From an uncultured Chloroflexia bacterium (GTDB lineage Bacteria; Chloroflexota; Limnocylindria; Limnocylindrales; CSP1-4): a stretch of 64,000 bases of DNA. Shown in pieces: positions 63,982-64,000 of the stretch. Both the position numbers and the translations under genes were made by a program. The notes beneath the pieces were generated by a model that worked only from the letters and a program-made list of their open reading frames with translations, made no database searches and was not told the origin of the DNA. How positions within the stretch are numbered: position 1 is the stretch's first letter; each line of letters opens with the position of its first letter. The DNA lies in contig CAVVAV010000003.1 of NCBI GenBank assembly GCA_963746405.1, positions 1,427,691 to 1,491,690 of the forward strand, in the 5' to 3' direction.

Positions 63982-64000
63982 GGCGATCGCCGGGAACCCG

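Overview
This 64-kb window is about 72% GC and densely coding on both strands. Its gene content looks actinobacterial: ECF sigma/anti-sigma pairs, a Hanks-type Ser/Thr kinase, a PucR regulator and an MshD-like tandem GNAT. No rRNA, tRNA or CRISPR array was found.

Main content by region:
- **1-3.4 kb:** a VapBC-like toxin-antitoxin pair and a TPR-M23 peptidase.
- **4-13 kb:** a purine/ureide catabolic operon on the minus strand. In transcription order it encodes YlbF(AllH)-like, FdrA(AllF)-like, YlbE(AllG)-like, carbamate kinase, a RutB/BiuH-like cysteine hydrolase and an AzgA-family purine permease. A divergent PucR-family regulator sits upstream. This matches the E. coli allFGH-allK oxamate carbamoyltransferase module.
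- **13-16.4 kb:** GNAT, ECF sigma plus putative anti-sigma, a DUF385 fragment, and an RHH-MazF toxin-antitoxin pair.
- **17-27 kb:** a block of secreted and envelope proteins. These are a beta-propeller protein, an S1 protease followed by a small zinc-ribbon protein, a Gly/Trp-rich membrane protein, an OmpR/HK two-component system, a Cys-rich repeat protein, an M14 carboxypeptidase, a DUF2330 protein and a cupredoxin.
- **27-39.5 kb:** metabolism genes. These are a PuuE-like deacetylase-family putative allantoinase, malic enzyme, Zn-ADH, NDH-2, PPDK, FNR and a Ser/Thr kinase.
- **40-44 kb:** glycyl-tRNA synthetase, then a TetR-linked DUF1326/DUF2182 putative metal-binding module with a palindromic operator.
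- **44-56 kb:** hydrolases, a GT1 glycosyltransferase, recO, a polyprenyl synthase, a CNNM/TlyC transporter and glmU.
- **56-64 kb:** a second ECF sigma/anti-sigma pair, RidA, ispE, rsmA, the tsaD-rimI-tsaB-tsaE cluster and two hypothetical genes.

Two cross-cutting observations stand out. Six conserved genes carry apparent single-base frameshifts, which suggests indel assembly error unless re-sequencing shows real pseudogenes. A family of REP-like palindromic intergenic repeats recurs at four loci.

Coordinates I derived myself, rather than taking from the ORF track, may be off by a few nucleotides.
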